Shown: positions 35,118-46,769, counted from the first letter of the stretch. The stretch is 64,000 nucleotides of DNA from Anaeromyxobacter sp. (GCA_049840735.1 JASGJN010000021.1:319901-383900); one strand, 5' to 3'. Translations and numbers: made by a program. Notes: generated from the sequence alone by a model not told the origin.

Positions 35118-36536
35118 GTGATCCTCGACGCCTGGTCCATCCTCGCCGCGGTGCTGACGCTGCTGGTCTCGCTGGCCGCCTCCGGCCACGTGGTCCTGCA
35201 CAAGCGCGACGTGCGCGCGGCGCTGGGCTGGGTGGCCTTCATCTGGCTGGCGCCGGTGGCGGGCGCGGTCGCCTACCTGGTCTTCGGCGTCAACCGCATC
35301 CGCCGGCGCGCCCAGGCGCTGCGCCTGCCGGAGGTGCGGCCGCGGGCCGAGCCGCTGCCGGTCCCGGCGCTGGCGCCGGAGGCGGAGCACCTGCGGCCGC
35401 TGGTGGCGCTCTGCGACGCGGTGGTGCGCCGGCCGCTGGTGGCGGGCAACGCGGTCACGCTGCTGCGCGGCGGCGCCGAGGCCTACCCGACCATGCTGGA
35501 GGCCATCGCCGCGGCCCAGCGGAGCGTCACCTTCTGCACCTACATCTTCGACGCGGGCGTGGCCGGCGATCGGTTCGTGGAGGCGCTGGCGGCCGCGCAG
35601 GCGCGCGGGGTGCAGGTGCGCGTGCTGCTCGACGCGGTGGGCGTGCGCTACCACTGGCCGCCCATCCACTGGGTGCTGCGCCGGCGCGGGGTGCGGGCCC
35701 AGCTCTTCCTGCCGCGCCTGTCGCCGCTCTGGCTCCCCTTCGTGAACCTGCGCAACCACCGCAAGGTGCTGGTGGTGGACGGCCGGCTGGGCTTCACCGG
35801 CGGCATGAACGTCCGCGACGACTTCCTGGCCACCGAGGCGCGGCCGCGCCCCTTCGCCGACCTGCACGCGCGGGTGGAGGGGCCGGTGGTGGGGCAGCTG
35901 CAGGCCATCTTCGCCGAGGATTGGCTGTTCACCACGGGTGAGACCCTGGACGGCCCCGCCTTCTTCCCGCCGCTGGCGCGCGCCGGGCCGGTGCTGGCGC
36001 GGGCCATCGCCGACGGTCCGGACGAGGACTTCGAGACCATCCGCTGGGTGCTGCTGGGCGTGCTGGCCGCGGCCCGGCGGCGGGTGCGGATCGTCACGCC
36101 CTACTTCATCCCCGACCCTGCGCTCATCACCGCGCTCAACGTGGCGGCCCTGCGCGGGGTCGAGGTGGACGTGGTGCTCCCCGAGAAGGGCAACCTGCCG
36201 CTGGTGCAGTGGGCCCAGACCGCCCAGCTCTGGCAGGTGCTGGACCGCGGCTGCCGGGTCTGGCTCACGGCCCCGCCCTTCGACCACACCAAGGCCATGA
36301 CCGTGGACGGCGCCTGGGCGCTGCTGGGCTCGGCCAACTGGGACCCGCGCAGCCTGCGGCTCAACTTCGAGCTGGACGTGGAGGCCTACGACCCGGCCGC
36401 GGCGGCGACGCTGGACGAGGTCATCGACGCGCGCCTGGCCACCGCCCGGCGGGTCACGCTGGCCGACGTGGACCGCCGGCCGCTGCCGCTGCGCCTGCGC
36501 GACGGGCTGGCGCGGCTCTTCTCGCCGTATCTGTGA
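35118..36536 (+). CDS. cls: Cardiolipin synthase
   Basis: Two N-terminal TMs; HKD motifs NHRKVLVVDG and HTKAMTVDG; LRLNFE. Confidence 0.9.
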   Translation: MILDAWSILAAVLTLLVSLAASGHVVLHKRDVRAALGWVAFIWLAPVAGAVAYLVFGVNRIRRRAQALRLPEVRPRAEPLPVPALAPEAEHLRPLVALCDAVVRRPLVAGNAVTLLRGGAEAYPTMLEAIAAAQRSVTFCTYIFDAGVAGDRFVEALAAAQARGVQVRVLLDAVGVRYHWPPIHWVLRRRGVRAQLFLPRLSPLWLPFVNLRNHRKVLVVDGRLGFTGGMNVRDDFLATEARPRPFADLHARVEGPVVGQLQAIFAEDWLFTTGETLDGPAFFPPLARAGPVLARAIADGPDEDFETIRWVLLGVLAAARRRVRIVTPYFIPDPALITALNVAALRGVEVDVVLPEKGNLPLVQWAQTAQLWQVLDRGCRVWLTAPPFDHTKAMTVDGAWALLGSANWDPRSLRLNFELDVEAYDPAAAATLDEVIDARLATARRVTLADVDRRPLPLRLRDGLARLFSPYL

Positions 36537-36579
36537 GCGCGGGGGCAGCGGCGCTTCGCCTCCGCTGCGGCGGCGCCTG

Positions 36580-36629
36580 GCCTTCGACTCCGCGCCCGCT
36601 GCACGGGCGCTACGCTCAGGCCGAACGGC
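36580..36629 (+). repeat. Palindromic REP-like element
   Basis: GCCTTCGACTCCGCGCCCGCTGCACGGGCGCTACGCTCAGGCCGAACGG. Confidence 0.85.
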
Positions 36630-36688
36630 CCGGCAAGGGGCGCTCGGCCTGGGCGTGGGCCGGAGATTCGCCGGCCCCCTCCGTCACT

Positions 36689-37699
36689 TCACCAGTAGTA
36701 CCGCAGCCCGATGTCGGCCAGGTACGTGCTCCAGGTCACGTCCACGTCCGGCGTGACGGCGAAGCGGCGGGCGATGACCTGCAGCCCCAGCGCCAGGTCC
36801 TGCTTGCCGGTGTAGAAGATGCCGACCCCGGCGTCGGTGACGTGCTGCAGCCCGTCGCCGCTCGGCGCGGTCCAGCTGAACTGCGCCTGCAGCCCGACCG
36901 GCACGGACGAGATGGCGTGGAAGTCGAAGTCCACCGCGGCGGAGGTCTGCAGCGCCTGGCCGGTGAAGGTCTCGTCGTTCACCTTCTGGCTCACGTGCTG
37001 GTAGGCCACGTTGGCGGTCACGCCCAGCGCGCGGGTGGGCGCCCAGGAGGCGGCCAGCGCCGGCTGGATGGTGACGGCGTTGGCCTTCTCGAAGGCGCTG
37101 GCCGAGTCGACGTTGCAGCCCTCGGGCGACTCGCAGCTGTCGACGACCGCCTTGATGGCCGAGCCGATGGTGAGCCCCAGGTTCGGCTGCGAGGCGGCGT
37201 CCACCAGCACGCCCACCCGCAGCGTCTCGCCCAGCGGCATGCTGGCGGTGACCCCCACGCCCAGGCCGCCGGTGAGGTTCGACCCGACCACCACGGCCGA
37301 CTTGCCGGTGATGCCGGAGTAGATGAGCTCGGTCAGGTGGACGCGGGCCGAGAGCCAGTCGGTGAAGGCGTACTCGTAGCCGAGGTTGGCGCCCACGCCG
37401 GCGTACTCGAAGGTGCCGGACAGGGTCTGTTCGTTGGTCGTCCAGGTGGCGGTGGTGCTGCCCACGCCCACCAGCAGCGAGCTGCGGAAGCTGGTGGTGA
37501 TGAGCGGCGAGCCCACCGCGGTGGCGGGCATGAACACGTGGCCATTGATGCTGCGCCCGGCGCCGCCGCCGTGCTCGCCGGACGTGGTCATGGAGGCCGG
37601 CGCCGGCTGCTCGGCGGGAGCGGCGGCGTCCTGGGCTGCGGCGGGGAGGACGACGAGGAGCGCGCCGAGGCAGAGGAGGCACGAGACGGTGCGGGGCAT
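36689..37699 (-). CDS. Putative outer-membrane protein
   Basis: Signal peptide; beta-strand pattern; ends GLRYYW. Confidence 0.7.
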   Translation of the reverse strand: MPRTVSCLLCLGALLVVLPAAAQDAAAPAEQPAPASMTTSGEHGGGAGRSINGHVFMPATAVGSPLITTSFRSSLLVGVGSTTATWTTNEQTLSGTFEYAGVGANLGYEYAFTDWLSARVHLTELIYSGITGKSAVVVGSNLTGGLGVGVTASMPLGETLRVGVLVDAASQPNLGLTIGSAIKAVVDSCESPEGCNVDSASAFEKANAVTIQPALAASWAPTRALGVTANVAYQHVSQKVNDETFTGQALQTSAAVDFDFHAISSVPVGLQAQFSWTAPSGDGLQHVTDAGVGIFYTGKQDLALGLQVIARRFAVTPDVDVTWSTYLADIGLRYYW

Positions 37700-37918
37700 G
37701 GGATGACCTCTATGTGCGGAGGACGCTGGAGCGATCGGTACGCAGGGTACACCCACTGCAACGCAAGTCATTGGGACGATGGGCCCAAAGCCGGGTCGGT
37801 CGAAGGTGGCGTCCAGCATTTCCCCGTCCGTGGGCTGGCTGACATGCTTGCGACCCTCCGCACCCGGGACGCTCGCGCGTTCTGGCGCACGCCCGCCAGG
37901 GATCGCAACATCGTATGC

Positions 37919-38720
37919 ATGGCCCCTCCGCTCGACATCCGGTCCTCGCACCGCTTCCCGGTGCGCGCCTCGGCCCAGCTCACCTTCGGCGTCGGTCAGT
38001 GGGAGGTGATCGCGGAGGACTTCTGCGAGGGCGGCTGCGGCTTCGTCTCCCCGCTGCCGCTGCGGCGCGGCGAGCCGGTCTTCCTCAAGGTGGAGCTGCC
38101 GGGCGCCGAGCCCATCGCGGCCCACGCCACCGTGGCCTGGGCCAGCTCGATCCCGCCCTACCGCACCGGGGTGGCCTTCGCCTCGGCGGGCGCGGAGGAC
38201 CGGCAGCGCCGGCTCCAGTCGGCGCTGGACCACGACCCGGCCCTGGCCCGGCCGCCGCGGGTGGTCCGCCCGCAGGCCACGCTGCGCCTCTCCGGCCTGC
38301 CGGAGTCCGGCGCGCTCTTCACCCGCGAGGAGCGGCTGGCCCTGCGCGCCGCGCGCGACGGCTGGACCGCGGCCGACCTGCTGCGGGCCGCGCCCATGCC
38401 GGGCGCCACCTACCGCGCGCTGCTGATGCTGCTGGCCCGAGCGCTGGTCGAGGACGGCCCCGGGCCCGAGCCGTCGCCGGCCTGGAATCCGATCCTGGCG
38501 GAGCAGCCGGGCGAGCAGGGCGCGGCCCCGGCCGCGGCGACGCAGCGGCCCCCGGTGGGCGGCCGCCCGGGGATGGCGCAGGTGTTCGTGGACGTGGCCC
38601 GCTCGGAGCGCGCCGCCGGCCACATCTCCGCGGGCGTGGCCTGGCTGCAGGCCGCGGCCCAGGAGGCCCCGGAGGACGGCGAGAATCAAGGCGGCGCTGG
38701 ACGCCTGGACGATGGGTTGA
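37919..38720 (+). CDS. PilZ-domain protein (frameshift ~38685)
   Basis: RSSHRFP and DFCEGG PilZ-like motifs. Confidence 0.65.
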
Positions 38721-38943
38721 AGCCGGCGGAACCCGCGCGACAGGCTCCGCCGCCGCAGCAGTCCGTAGATCGCAGCAGCAGTCCGCGGATGGCAGGGAGG
38801 GGGCCCCGGCGAAGCAGGGGGAGGGGCGCAGCCCCTCGCCGGCGGAGAGGTGCGCAAGGCCGGAGGCCGCAGCGCGACAGGCTCCGCCGCAGCAGGGGTG
38901 GGGCCCCGGGAGCTGTGCTCCCGGGGCGGGGACGCAGTCTCCG

Positions 38944-39568
38944 TTACAAAGACGCGCCAGCGCTGATCTGCGGGGTCCAGAATCTCACAGTTGCGGTCGC
39001 AGTCGAGCGCGCGGTCGTAGGTGATGCCGAGCGAGATGAAGCGGCCCAGCGAGAAGCCGGCGCGGCCGCCGACGCCGTTCTGGTCGGGCAGGTTGCCGCC
39101 CACGAACCAGCGCGAGTAGTACGCGCCGATGTACGGGTTGAGCCGCGGGACCGGGGCGAACCAGGTCACGCCGGGGCGGAGCGTCCAGAGGTCGGGGTCG
39201 TTGCCGAACTGGTAGGAGAGCTCGACGTTGGGCGTGATGCCGTGGTTCATCAGGTAGCCCACGCCCACGTTGGCGTTCGCGTAGGTCTGGTTGAACGCGA
39301 AGGTGGTGCCGACCGAGGCCCAGCCGTAGAGGCGCTTCTGCTTGGGCTGCTTCACCGGCGGCGGGGCGGGCGCGGGCTGCGGCGCGGGCTGGGCCACCAC
39401 CGCCGGCGCCGGGGCCGGCGCAGGCGCCGGGGCGGCGGCGCCGGGCTGGGCCGGAGCAGCGGCGGGGGCAGCGGCGGGATCCGCAGGGGCGGCGGGCGCC
39501 GCCTCCTGGGCCCAGGCGGGAGCGGCGAAGGCGAGCAGGGCGGCCGTGAGCGCGGTGTGGCGGGTCAT
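38944..39568 (-). CDS. Small outer-membrane beta-barrel-like protein (frameshift ~38980)
   Basis: Signal AAPAWAQ, Pro/Ala linker, beta strands, C-terminus ISAGVFL. Confidence 0.65.
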
Positions 39569-39729
39569 GTCCAGCTCCTTGAAGCGCGGGGCCTCTCGGG
39601 GCCCGGAGGTGAGACCTACATCGTGACCGAAGTCGAGGCCGCCGGACATGCGACCTTCGTCCCGCCCGGGTCACGAGTGGTAGTCTCCGGCGTCCACTGG
39701 GCCGCAGACGCCCGGAGGGGAGGGGCGCC

Positions 39730-41080
39730 ATGGGTCAGACATCACGCCAGTTCCGCGAGGACCTCCGCCGCGAGCTGCCGCGCTGGCAGGCCGACGGCCT
39801 GGTCTCCCCCGACGCGGCGGCGGCCCTGCACGCCCGCTACGCGCTGGGCGAGGCGGGCTCCGGCGTGGGGCTCCTGCCCGTCTACGTCCTGGGCGCGCTG
39901 CTGGTCGGGGGTGGGGTCCTCTCGCTGGTCGCGTACCAGTGGGACGGCCTGCCCATCCCGGTGAAGCTGGCCCTGCTCCTGGCGCTGCTCGCGGGCTGCT
40001 ACGGCGGCGGCCTCTGGCTCTGGAAGCGCGCCGGGCGGCTCCCGCGCCTCGGCCAGGCGCTGACGGTGCTGGGCACGCTGGTCTTCGGGGCCAGCCTGGC
40101 GCTGGTGAAGGAGATGTTCGACCTGCCGGGCGGGAACGAGTGGAAGGGCGTCGCGGCCGTGGCGCTGGCGGGCCTGGCGGCGGGCGTGCTCACCGAGAGC
40201 CTGCCGCAGCTCCTGCTCTCGGCGGTCCTCGCGCTCTCCCTGGCCGGGCCGCTCCATGCCCAGTCCCACTACAGCGCTGACGGCCAGTACAGCTACGGCG
40301 CCAACGCCCTGTCCGCCGCCGCCGCGGCCTGGCCCGGCGCGGCGCTGTTCCTGGTGCTGGCCTGGCACCGCCGCTCGCGGGCGCTGGCGGTGGTGGCGGT
40401 CCTGGGGCTGGGCGTGACGCTGGGGGCGGCGCTGGAGGCGGTGAGCCAGGCGGAGTCCTGGCTGCTGCTGGCCGCCGCGCTGGGCGCCGCCTGCGGCGCC
40501 ACCCCGCTGGCCGCCGCGCCGCTGGCCGCCCGCTCCGAGACCCGGCGCGCTCCTCTCCGGCGCGCTGCGGGTGACCGGGCGTGTGGCCTTCTACGCCGCC
40601 GCCTACCTGCTCTCCTTCGGCGGCGTGGCCCGCGAGTTCTGGCGCTTCGACCTGGCCAGCCCGGAGCTGCTCGTCGCGCTGGGGCCGGCGCTGCTCTTCA
40701 CCGCCGCGGCGCTGGCCGTCGGGCTGCGGCGCAAGGAGGTCGAGCCGCTGGCGCGCGGCGAGGCCATGCTGATGGGCGGCGCGGCGCTGGCCTTCGCGAT
40801 CGGGCTGCAGCTGGAGCGCGGCGGCGGCGCGGTGCTGGTGGCCAACCTGGCCCTGGCGTTCCTGGCCGCGGGCCGGGTGATGCGTGGCCTGACCAGCCTG
40901 GCGCGCGGCGCGTTCTGGGAGGGCATCGCGGTGGGCGGCGTGCTGGTGGTGTCGCGCTTCCTGGAGCTGGACGGCGACCTGTGGATCGAGGGCGCCGGGT
41001 TCATCGTGGCCGGCCTGGCGGTGCTGGCGGCCGGCATCGCCTTCGAGCGGAAGCGCTCGGCGGCGGCGGAGCTGGGCTGA
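39730..41080 (+). CDS. DUF2157-like membrane protein (frameshift ~40550)
   Basis: ELPRWQADGLVS...Y, LGALLVGGGVLSLVAYQWD; many TMs. Confidence 0.8.
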
Positions 41081-41081
41081 C

Positions 41082-41450
41082 ATGGCCCGCCTGCGCCTGG
41101 TGCTGCTGCTCGCGGTCCCGCTGGCCCTGATCGGCGTGGCCATCTGGACCGGCCCGCCCTCGCTCCAGAAGGACATCCCGGCGCTGGTCGCCTGGATCCT
41201 GTCGCTCCTCTTCGCCATCGTCTGGATGGTCCGCTGGGACCGGAAGCACGGGAAGCACGTGTCGGCGCTGCTGGGGGCCGGCTTCGCCGCCGGCGTGGCC
41301 TGGGGCGGGCTCTGGTACGTGCTCCAGGCCCACCGCGTCGAGGCCTTCCTCGACATCTTCGCCGGCAGCACCTGGATCTGGGCGGGCGTCGGCTGCGCCG
41401 TCCTGCTGCTGGGCGTCTTCCTGATGCAGTCGATGTTCGAGCGGCATTAG
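41082..41450 (+). CDS. Hypothetical 4-TM membrane protein
   Basis: Four hydrophobic segments; follows upstream stop by 1 nt. Confidence 0.7.
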   Translation: MARLRLVLLLAVPLALIGVAIWTGPPSLQKDIPALVAWILSLLFAIVWMVRWDRKHGKHVSALLGAGFAAGVAWGGLWYVLQAHRVEAFLDIFAGSTWIWAGVGCAVLLLGVFLMQSMFERH

Positions 41451-41694
41451 CAGGCGGCCGGACGCGCTTCGGCGCGTCGAGCCTGGCCGGCCGTCGCCAC
41501 CGGCGCGGATCGGCCGGGTGCGGCCGCGCTGCGCAGCCCGCTGCGGTTCAGCCTGACGGGCGAGCCGAAGCGGAGCTTGCTGCAATTCGCCGCTTGTGCG
41601 GCTCCTCACTATGAGTTCTGGTACGCCGCGTGAAGTGCGGAGTCGCCGGGGAGGTCCCCGGCGATGGGCCCCGAGGCGGGTCCGAGGAGCGCGC

Positions 41695-42273
41695 ATGGCG
41701 ACGACGAGGAAGAAGGCGGCGAGCACCACCCCGGCAGCGTCGGCTGCGCCGGCGTTCGGACCTCCGGGCCCGTACGCGGTCAGGCCGCTGGTGAGCGGGG
41801 CGTGGCCCTTCTTCGGCGCCTGCCAGGCGCAGTCGGTGCTGCGGGTGGCCAAGGCCGTGGACGGCTTCGAGGGGCTGCCGCTGGTGGAGCTGGACTTCAG
41901 CGGCCAGCCGCCGGAGTGGTGCGCGTGCCTGGTGACCGAGCCGGCCGCGGGCTGGGCGCTGCCGGTCTACCTGACCTACGCCTGGGCGGCCGGCGGCAAC
42001 GGCGGCCACCACCCGGCGGTGCAGGGCCTGATCATCGCGCCGCCGCAGCAGGGCGCGGCCGCCGCGGGCGACGTGGTGGCCTGGGTGGACTCCTGGAACC
42101 ACCTGCGCACCGGCACCGTCCAGCAGCCGGGGCGCGGCGCGCTGGAGGTGGTGATGCACCCGACCACCACCCGCCGCCAGGCCGACGATCCGGGCGTGGC
42201 CCAGCACACGCCGGTGAAGGTGCCGCAGCACGAGGTCCTCTGCCTGGTGCGGAACGGGGCGGTGCTGCCGTAG
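41695..42273 (+). CDS. Hypothetical protein
   Basis: GAGGAG RBS; GC3-biased frame. Confidence 0.65.
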   Translation: MATTRKKAASTTPAASAAPAFGPPGPYAVRPLVSGAWPFFGACQAQSVLRVAKAVDGFEGLPLVELDFSGQPPEWCACLVTEPAAGWALPVYLTYAWAAGGNGGHHPAVQGLIIAPPQQGAAAAGDVVAWVDSWNHLRTGTVQQPGRGALEVVMHPTTTRRQADDPGVAQHTPVKVPQHEVLCLVRNGAVLP

Positions 42274-42278
42274 CGGGA

Positions 42279-42846
42279 TCAGTGGCCGGCGGGCTCGAGC
42301 GGCTTCACCACCGGGGCGGGCGGGGGCCGGGCCGCCGGCGCGGCCTCCGTCGCGCCGGACCGGGCCTCCAGCCAGTCCAGCACCACGGCGCGGGCCACCA
42401 GGTCGCCCTTCAGCGACTCGCGGGCGAGCCGCTCCAGGTCCTCCTGGCTGGCCCCGGCCCGGCGGCGCGTGATCACCTCGCGCACGCCGGGCGGGATGGT
42501 CCCGGCCTTCCGCTCGACCTCGGCCAGCAGCTGGTGCTCCTCGGCCGTGTACTCGGTCACCCGGCCCCGCCGCCTGCCCGTCCGGCGGCGCCAGCCCGCG
42601 CTCCGCTCGCAGGCGCGCGTCGCCCGCCTCGGCGGAGTCGGGCTGGGCCGCGGCGGCCCCGGCGGCGCCGGGACCGGAGCCGGCCGGTGCGCCTGCGGCG
42701 CTGGTCCCGGAGGCCGTGGGTGAGGCGGTGTCCGGCTGCGCCGGCGGTGCGTCGGGGCGGACCGTGGCGCGGCGCGGGCAGGCGAGGAGCGCGGCGAGGA
42801 GCAACGTGGCGGCGGCAATCGCGAGGCCGGTGGTGCGGCGGGACAT
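42279..42846 (-). CDS. Hypothetical exported protein (frameshifted)
   Basis: AGGAG RBS, MSRRTTGLAIAAATLL; helical C-terminal part in another frame. Confidence 0.55.
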
Positions 42847-42866
42847 GTGGGCTCCTTGCTGGAGGG

Positions 42867-44790
42867 TCAGAAGGGCGCGGTGACCGTCACGTCCTCGGTG
42901 GACGAGCCGGTGTTGCCCCACAGGTCGGTCATGGCCGTGACGAGGTGGTAGTCGCCGGGCGTGGCCTGCACCGCGTCCAGGCTGAGCGCGGCGCCGGGGA
43001 CGTCGGGGATGAGCAGCGGCGTGTCCGGCAGGTACTGGTTGGTGCCGAGGTCCCAGACGGCGGGGGTGAAGGTCACGCCGCGCAGCGACGCGGTGGGGAG
43101 GCTGGCGATGCGGCCGTCCACCTGGATGAGGATGGTGGTCACGTCGGCGGTGGACGGGTCGAGCACCGCGTAGGCCTCCACCGTGTCCCCGTCCGCGGAG
43201 AGCTGGCCGGGCGCGATGAAGATGGGGGAGGTGCCGCCGGTCCAGGGGAGGACCGTGACGTAGGCCTGCTCGGTGCCGTCGCCCAGCACCAGCTGCCGGC
43301 CCTCCCACGCGAACTGGTAGGTGGTGTCGGGCTCCACCGCGCCGAAGCCGATCACGCCGTAGAGGACGGTGGTGCCGCCAATCGACTCGGCCAGGAAGAC
43401 GCGGGCCTCGGCCAGGTCGCCGTCCTGCGAGGCGAGCGTGAGGAGCGGCGGGTCGGCCGTGGTGGGCGACTGGCCGTTCTGCAGCGAGGTCTCCACCGCC
43501 GGCGCCACGTCGTCGGCGAAGGTGGCCATGCCGTCGAGCAGGTCGCTCCAGCCGGTGGCCTGGTTCCAGCCCAGGCCGAGGTAGGCGCCGCGCCGGTCGG
43601 CCCAGCCCGCGGCCAGCGGCGACTCGAGGTGGAAGGCGGCCTGGCCGCCGGCGCTGCGCAGCGTGCCGCGCGAGGTCCGGAAGGTGGCCGCCTGCAGCGC
43701 GCTCCGCGCCGCCGCCGCGCGCGCCGCCACGGTGGCGTCGGTGGTCACGCCGGCGAGGCCGTCGAGCAGCTGGCCGGCGTCGCGCAGCGCCGGGAACGCG
43801 TCGGGCTGCGTGAAGTCGCCGCCGTAGCCCGGGGCGGACGCGTACTGGGCGCGGCCGACCTCGTACGGGTCGATGGTCTCGCTGCTCATGAGCGCGGTGG
43901 TCAGGTCGGCGAAGGCGGTGACGTAGCCGTCGTAGGCCGCCAGGTCGATGGCCGCGTGGGCGCGCAGGAGCTTGTCGTCGTTGCCCGCCGTGCGGTGGTG
44001 GGCGTCCCAGTGGCCCACCTCCGCCTCGCCGAAGGCGCGGGGGGTGGCGTCGCGGTGCGCCGCCAGCCAGGTGAGGGTGGCCTGGTAGTCCCAGCCGTCG
44101 CCGAAGTCGAGCTCGGCGTTGGCCAGGTACACCTTGGCCAGGTCGCGCAGCTCGTAGGCCACCTCGTTGCCGGCCATGAGGCAGGTGTCGAAGGAGAGGA
44201 ACTCGAGCGGGCGCGAGCCGTCCAGGCCGCGCGCGTCCAGCGCGGCCCGCAGCGCGGCGGCGGCCTGGCCTGAGCTCATGCCGCCGCCGAAGAAGCTGGG
44301 GTCGCCGGGGTGGTCGTTCTCGTCGCCGCCGAAGCCGCCCCGACCAGGAGCCGCCGTGGTCCCACAGCACCACGCCGTAGCGGTCGGCGGGGTAGGCCTG
44401 CAGCGCGGCCGCCACGGCCGCGGCCAGCACCTCGGGATCGTCCAGGTTCTGCTCCGGGTCGGCGCCGACCTCGACGGGATCGGCGCCGCCGCCCGGGATG
44501 CGCAGCCAGTGCAGGCCGCTCGGGTAGGGCTGGCCATCCGCATCGACGCGGCCGGCCGAGAGGTCCAGCGCCACAATCACGTTCACCTCGTCGCCCAGCG
44601 TGGCCTGGGTCATCTCCGCGACGTCGCGCAAGAGCGAGGCCGAGAGGTTGTGATCCCCGTGGCCGTAGACGAACACGGTCCAGCTCGGCTTGCCGTCGCC
44701 GCCGCCGTTCCCGCCACCGCCCCCGCCGCCGCACCCCGCCGCCACCGTCATCACCAGCCCGCAGGCCAGCGCCAGAACCTTGCAATCCAC
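42867..44790 (-). CDS. Clostripain-family (C11) cysteine peptidase lipoprotein (frameshift ~44342)
   Basis: Lipobox AAGC; WTVFVYGHGDHNL; WDHGG (His) and FDTCLMA (Cys) catalytic motifs; GWDY. Confidence 0.85.
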
Positions 44791-45156
44791 GCGTCCTCCA
44801 CTTGCGGGCGCCACGCGGCCGCCCGACTTGCCGTGCACGCGGCCAGCGCCGCCGTGCCTCCACTCGGAGCCGGACCCCCGGGCGCCGTGACCGGCCCAGG
44901 AAGGGCACGTTCACTGACAGCGAACATGGGCCGCCGGGGGAAGGCGCGCCTTCTAGCCGGGGAGTGGGGCGCTGTGCGCGTCCCAGGCGAGGGGGCCCCG
45001 CGGCGGGCCGAGCCCAAGGGGGGAGCCGAGGCTCGGACGCGCAATCCGGCCGCGGGCTTGGGCGCTCACCGGCCCAGGGCCAGCGGCGCGGCACCGGGCC
45101 GCAACACGAAGTCAGCCCTCCCCGCGGGGCGTGCTCTGATGCTCCTGGGAGGCCCC

Positions 45157-45912
45157 ATGACCCGAACCAATCTCGCCGCCCTCGGCCTGCCGGCCGAGGC
45201 CGCCCGCGCCCTCGAGACGCTGCGCGACGCGCTCACCGGCGCGCTCGGCCCCGACCTCTGCGCGCTGGTGCTGTACGGCGGCGCCGCGCGCGGCAGCTAC
45301 CGGCCCGGCCAGAGCGATCTCAACATCGCGGTGGTGCTGGCCGACGGCTCGGCGGCGACGCTGGACCGGATCGCCCCGGCGCTGCGCGCCGCCTACCGCG
45401 CGGCGCGGGTGGAGCCGTTCCTGCTCACGCTGGCCGAGCTGCCGCGGCTGGTGGAGTGCTTCCCCAGCAAGCTGCTCGACCTCGAGGCCAACCACGTGGT
45501 GCTGGCCGGCGCCAATCCCTTCGCCGGCCTCTCCGCCTCGCCCGCGCTGGTCCGGCTCCGGGCCGAGCAGGCGCTGCGCAACCTGGCGCTGCGCCTGCGG
45601 CGCCGCTACGTGAGCGCCGCGGACGACCCGGCCGCGCTCCTGGCGGTGCTGCGCGACGTGGCCCGGCCGCTGGCCGCCGAGCTGACCGTGCTGCTCCAGG
45701 CGCACGGCGCGCCGCCGGCCACGGAGCAGACCGCGGCGCTGCTGGAGGCCGCGGCCGCGGCGCTGGGCCTGGACGCCGAGGCGCTGCGCGCGCTGGCCCG
45801 GCTGCGCAAGGGCGAGGAGCCCGGCCTCCCGCCGGCCGCGCTCTACGCGCGCGTGCTCGGCGCCGCGGAGGAGGGGGCGCGCGCCGCGGCGGCGCTGCGG
45901 AGCCAGCCGTGA
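45157..45912 (+). CDS. Nucleotidyltransferase-fold protein
   Basis: LVLYGGAARG...SDLNIAVV; GGAGG RBS. Confidence 0.8.
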   Translation: MTRTNLAALGLPAEAARALETLRDALTGALGPDLCALVLYGGAARGSYRPGQSDLNIAVVLADGSAATLDRIAPALRAAYRAARVEPFLLTLAELPRLVECFPSKLLDLEANHVVLAGANPFAGLSASPALVRLRAEQALRNLALRLRRRYVSAADDPAALLAVLRDVARPLAAELTVLLQAHGAPPATEQTAALLEAAAAALGLDAEALRALARLRKGEEPGLPPAALYARVLGAAEEGARAAAALRSQP

Positions 45913-46766
45913 ACCCCTACGACCTGCGCGGGCCGGAGTTCCTGGCGCTGTACGGACTTCTCCTCACCCTGGCGTTCGTGCTGGCGCTGGCCCTCCGGTC
46001 GTGGCTGCGCATCCCCGGCGGCCAGGCCCAGGGCGCGGCGCTGTCGCTCGAATCCCGCGCACGCTGCGTTGCTGGCCGGCGGTCGCGACCGCGCCTTCGA
46101 GGCGGTGGTGTGCCGGCTGGAGGCGCTGGGGCTCATTGAGGTGGACGCGGTGGCCCGCACGCTGGTCCGCAAGCGCCACCTGCCGCCCCACCAGCTCACC
46201 TCGGTGGAGCACGCCGTGCTCGGCGCCAGCCAGGCGGCGTCGATCCCCGCGGTCAGGCTGGCGGTGACGCCGCACCTGGCGGCGATGGAGGCGCGGCTGG
46301 GCGCCCTGGGGCTGCGCCCGGCTGGTGAGGCGGCGCGCCGGGTGCCCACGCTGCTGCTGCTGGCGATGGCCCTCTTCGGCGCCGGGAAGATCCTGGTGGG
46401 CCTCTCGCGCGGCCGGCCGGTGGGCTTCCTGGTGGTGCTGGTCGGCGTGGCCGCCTTCATCGCGGTCCTCCTCTGGCAGAACGCGCCATCCGCAGCGTGC
46501 GCGGCGACCACGCGCTCTCCATGCTCAGGGACCGCCACCAGGCGCTGGCCGCCCTGGGCGGCTCGGCGGCCCCGGCCGAGGTGGCCCTCGGCGTGGGGCT
46601 GTTCGGCCTGACCGCGCTCGACGACGCCCGCTTCGCCTCGCTCCGCCAGGCCCTGGTCCCGCCGCCCCCGGTCTCCTCCGGCGGCGGCAGTTCCTGCAGC
46701 TCCTCCAGCTGCGGCGGCGGGGGCGGCTGCGGCGGGGGCGGCGGCTGCGGCGGGTGCGGGAGCTGA
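45909..46766 (+). CDS. TIGR04222-type membrane protein with Cys/Gly/Ser C-terminal tail (2 frameshifts)
   Basis: MNPYDLRGPEFLALY, LAGGRDRA, KILVGLSRGRPVGFL, tail SSCSSSSCGGGGGCGGGGGCGGCGS; breaks near 46055 and 46490. Confidence 0.85.
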
Positions 46767-46769
46767 GCC

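Noticed and set aside
32739..39964. Very long ORFs (1265 aa, 1251 aa, 986 aa)
   Set aside because: GC-rich shadow frames joined to real genes (cls, PilZ, OMPs); Arg/Pro/Ala-rich nonsense elsewhere
44890..44935. Riboswitch-like hairpin upstream of the clostripain gene
   Set aside because: Can fold, but matches no RNA family I recognise; GC-rich background makes hairpins common
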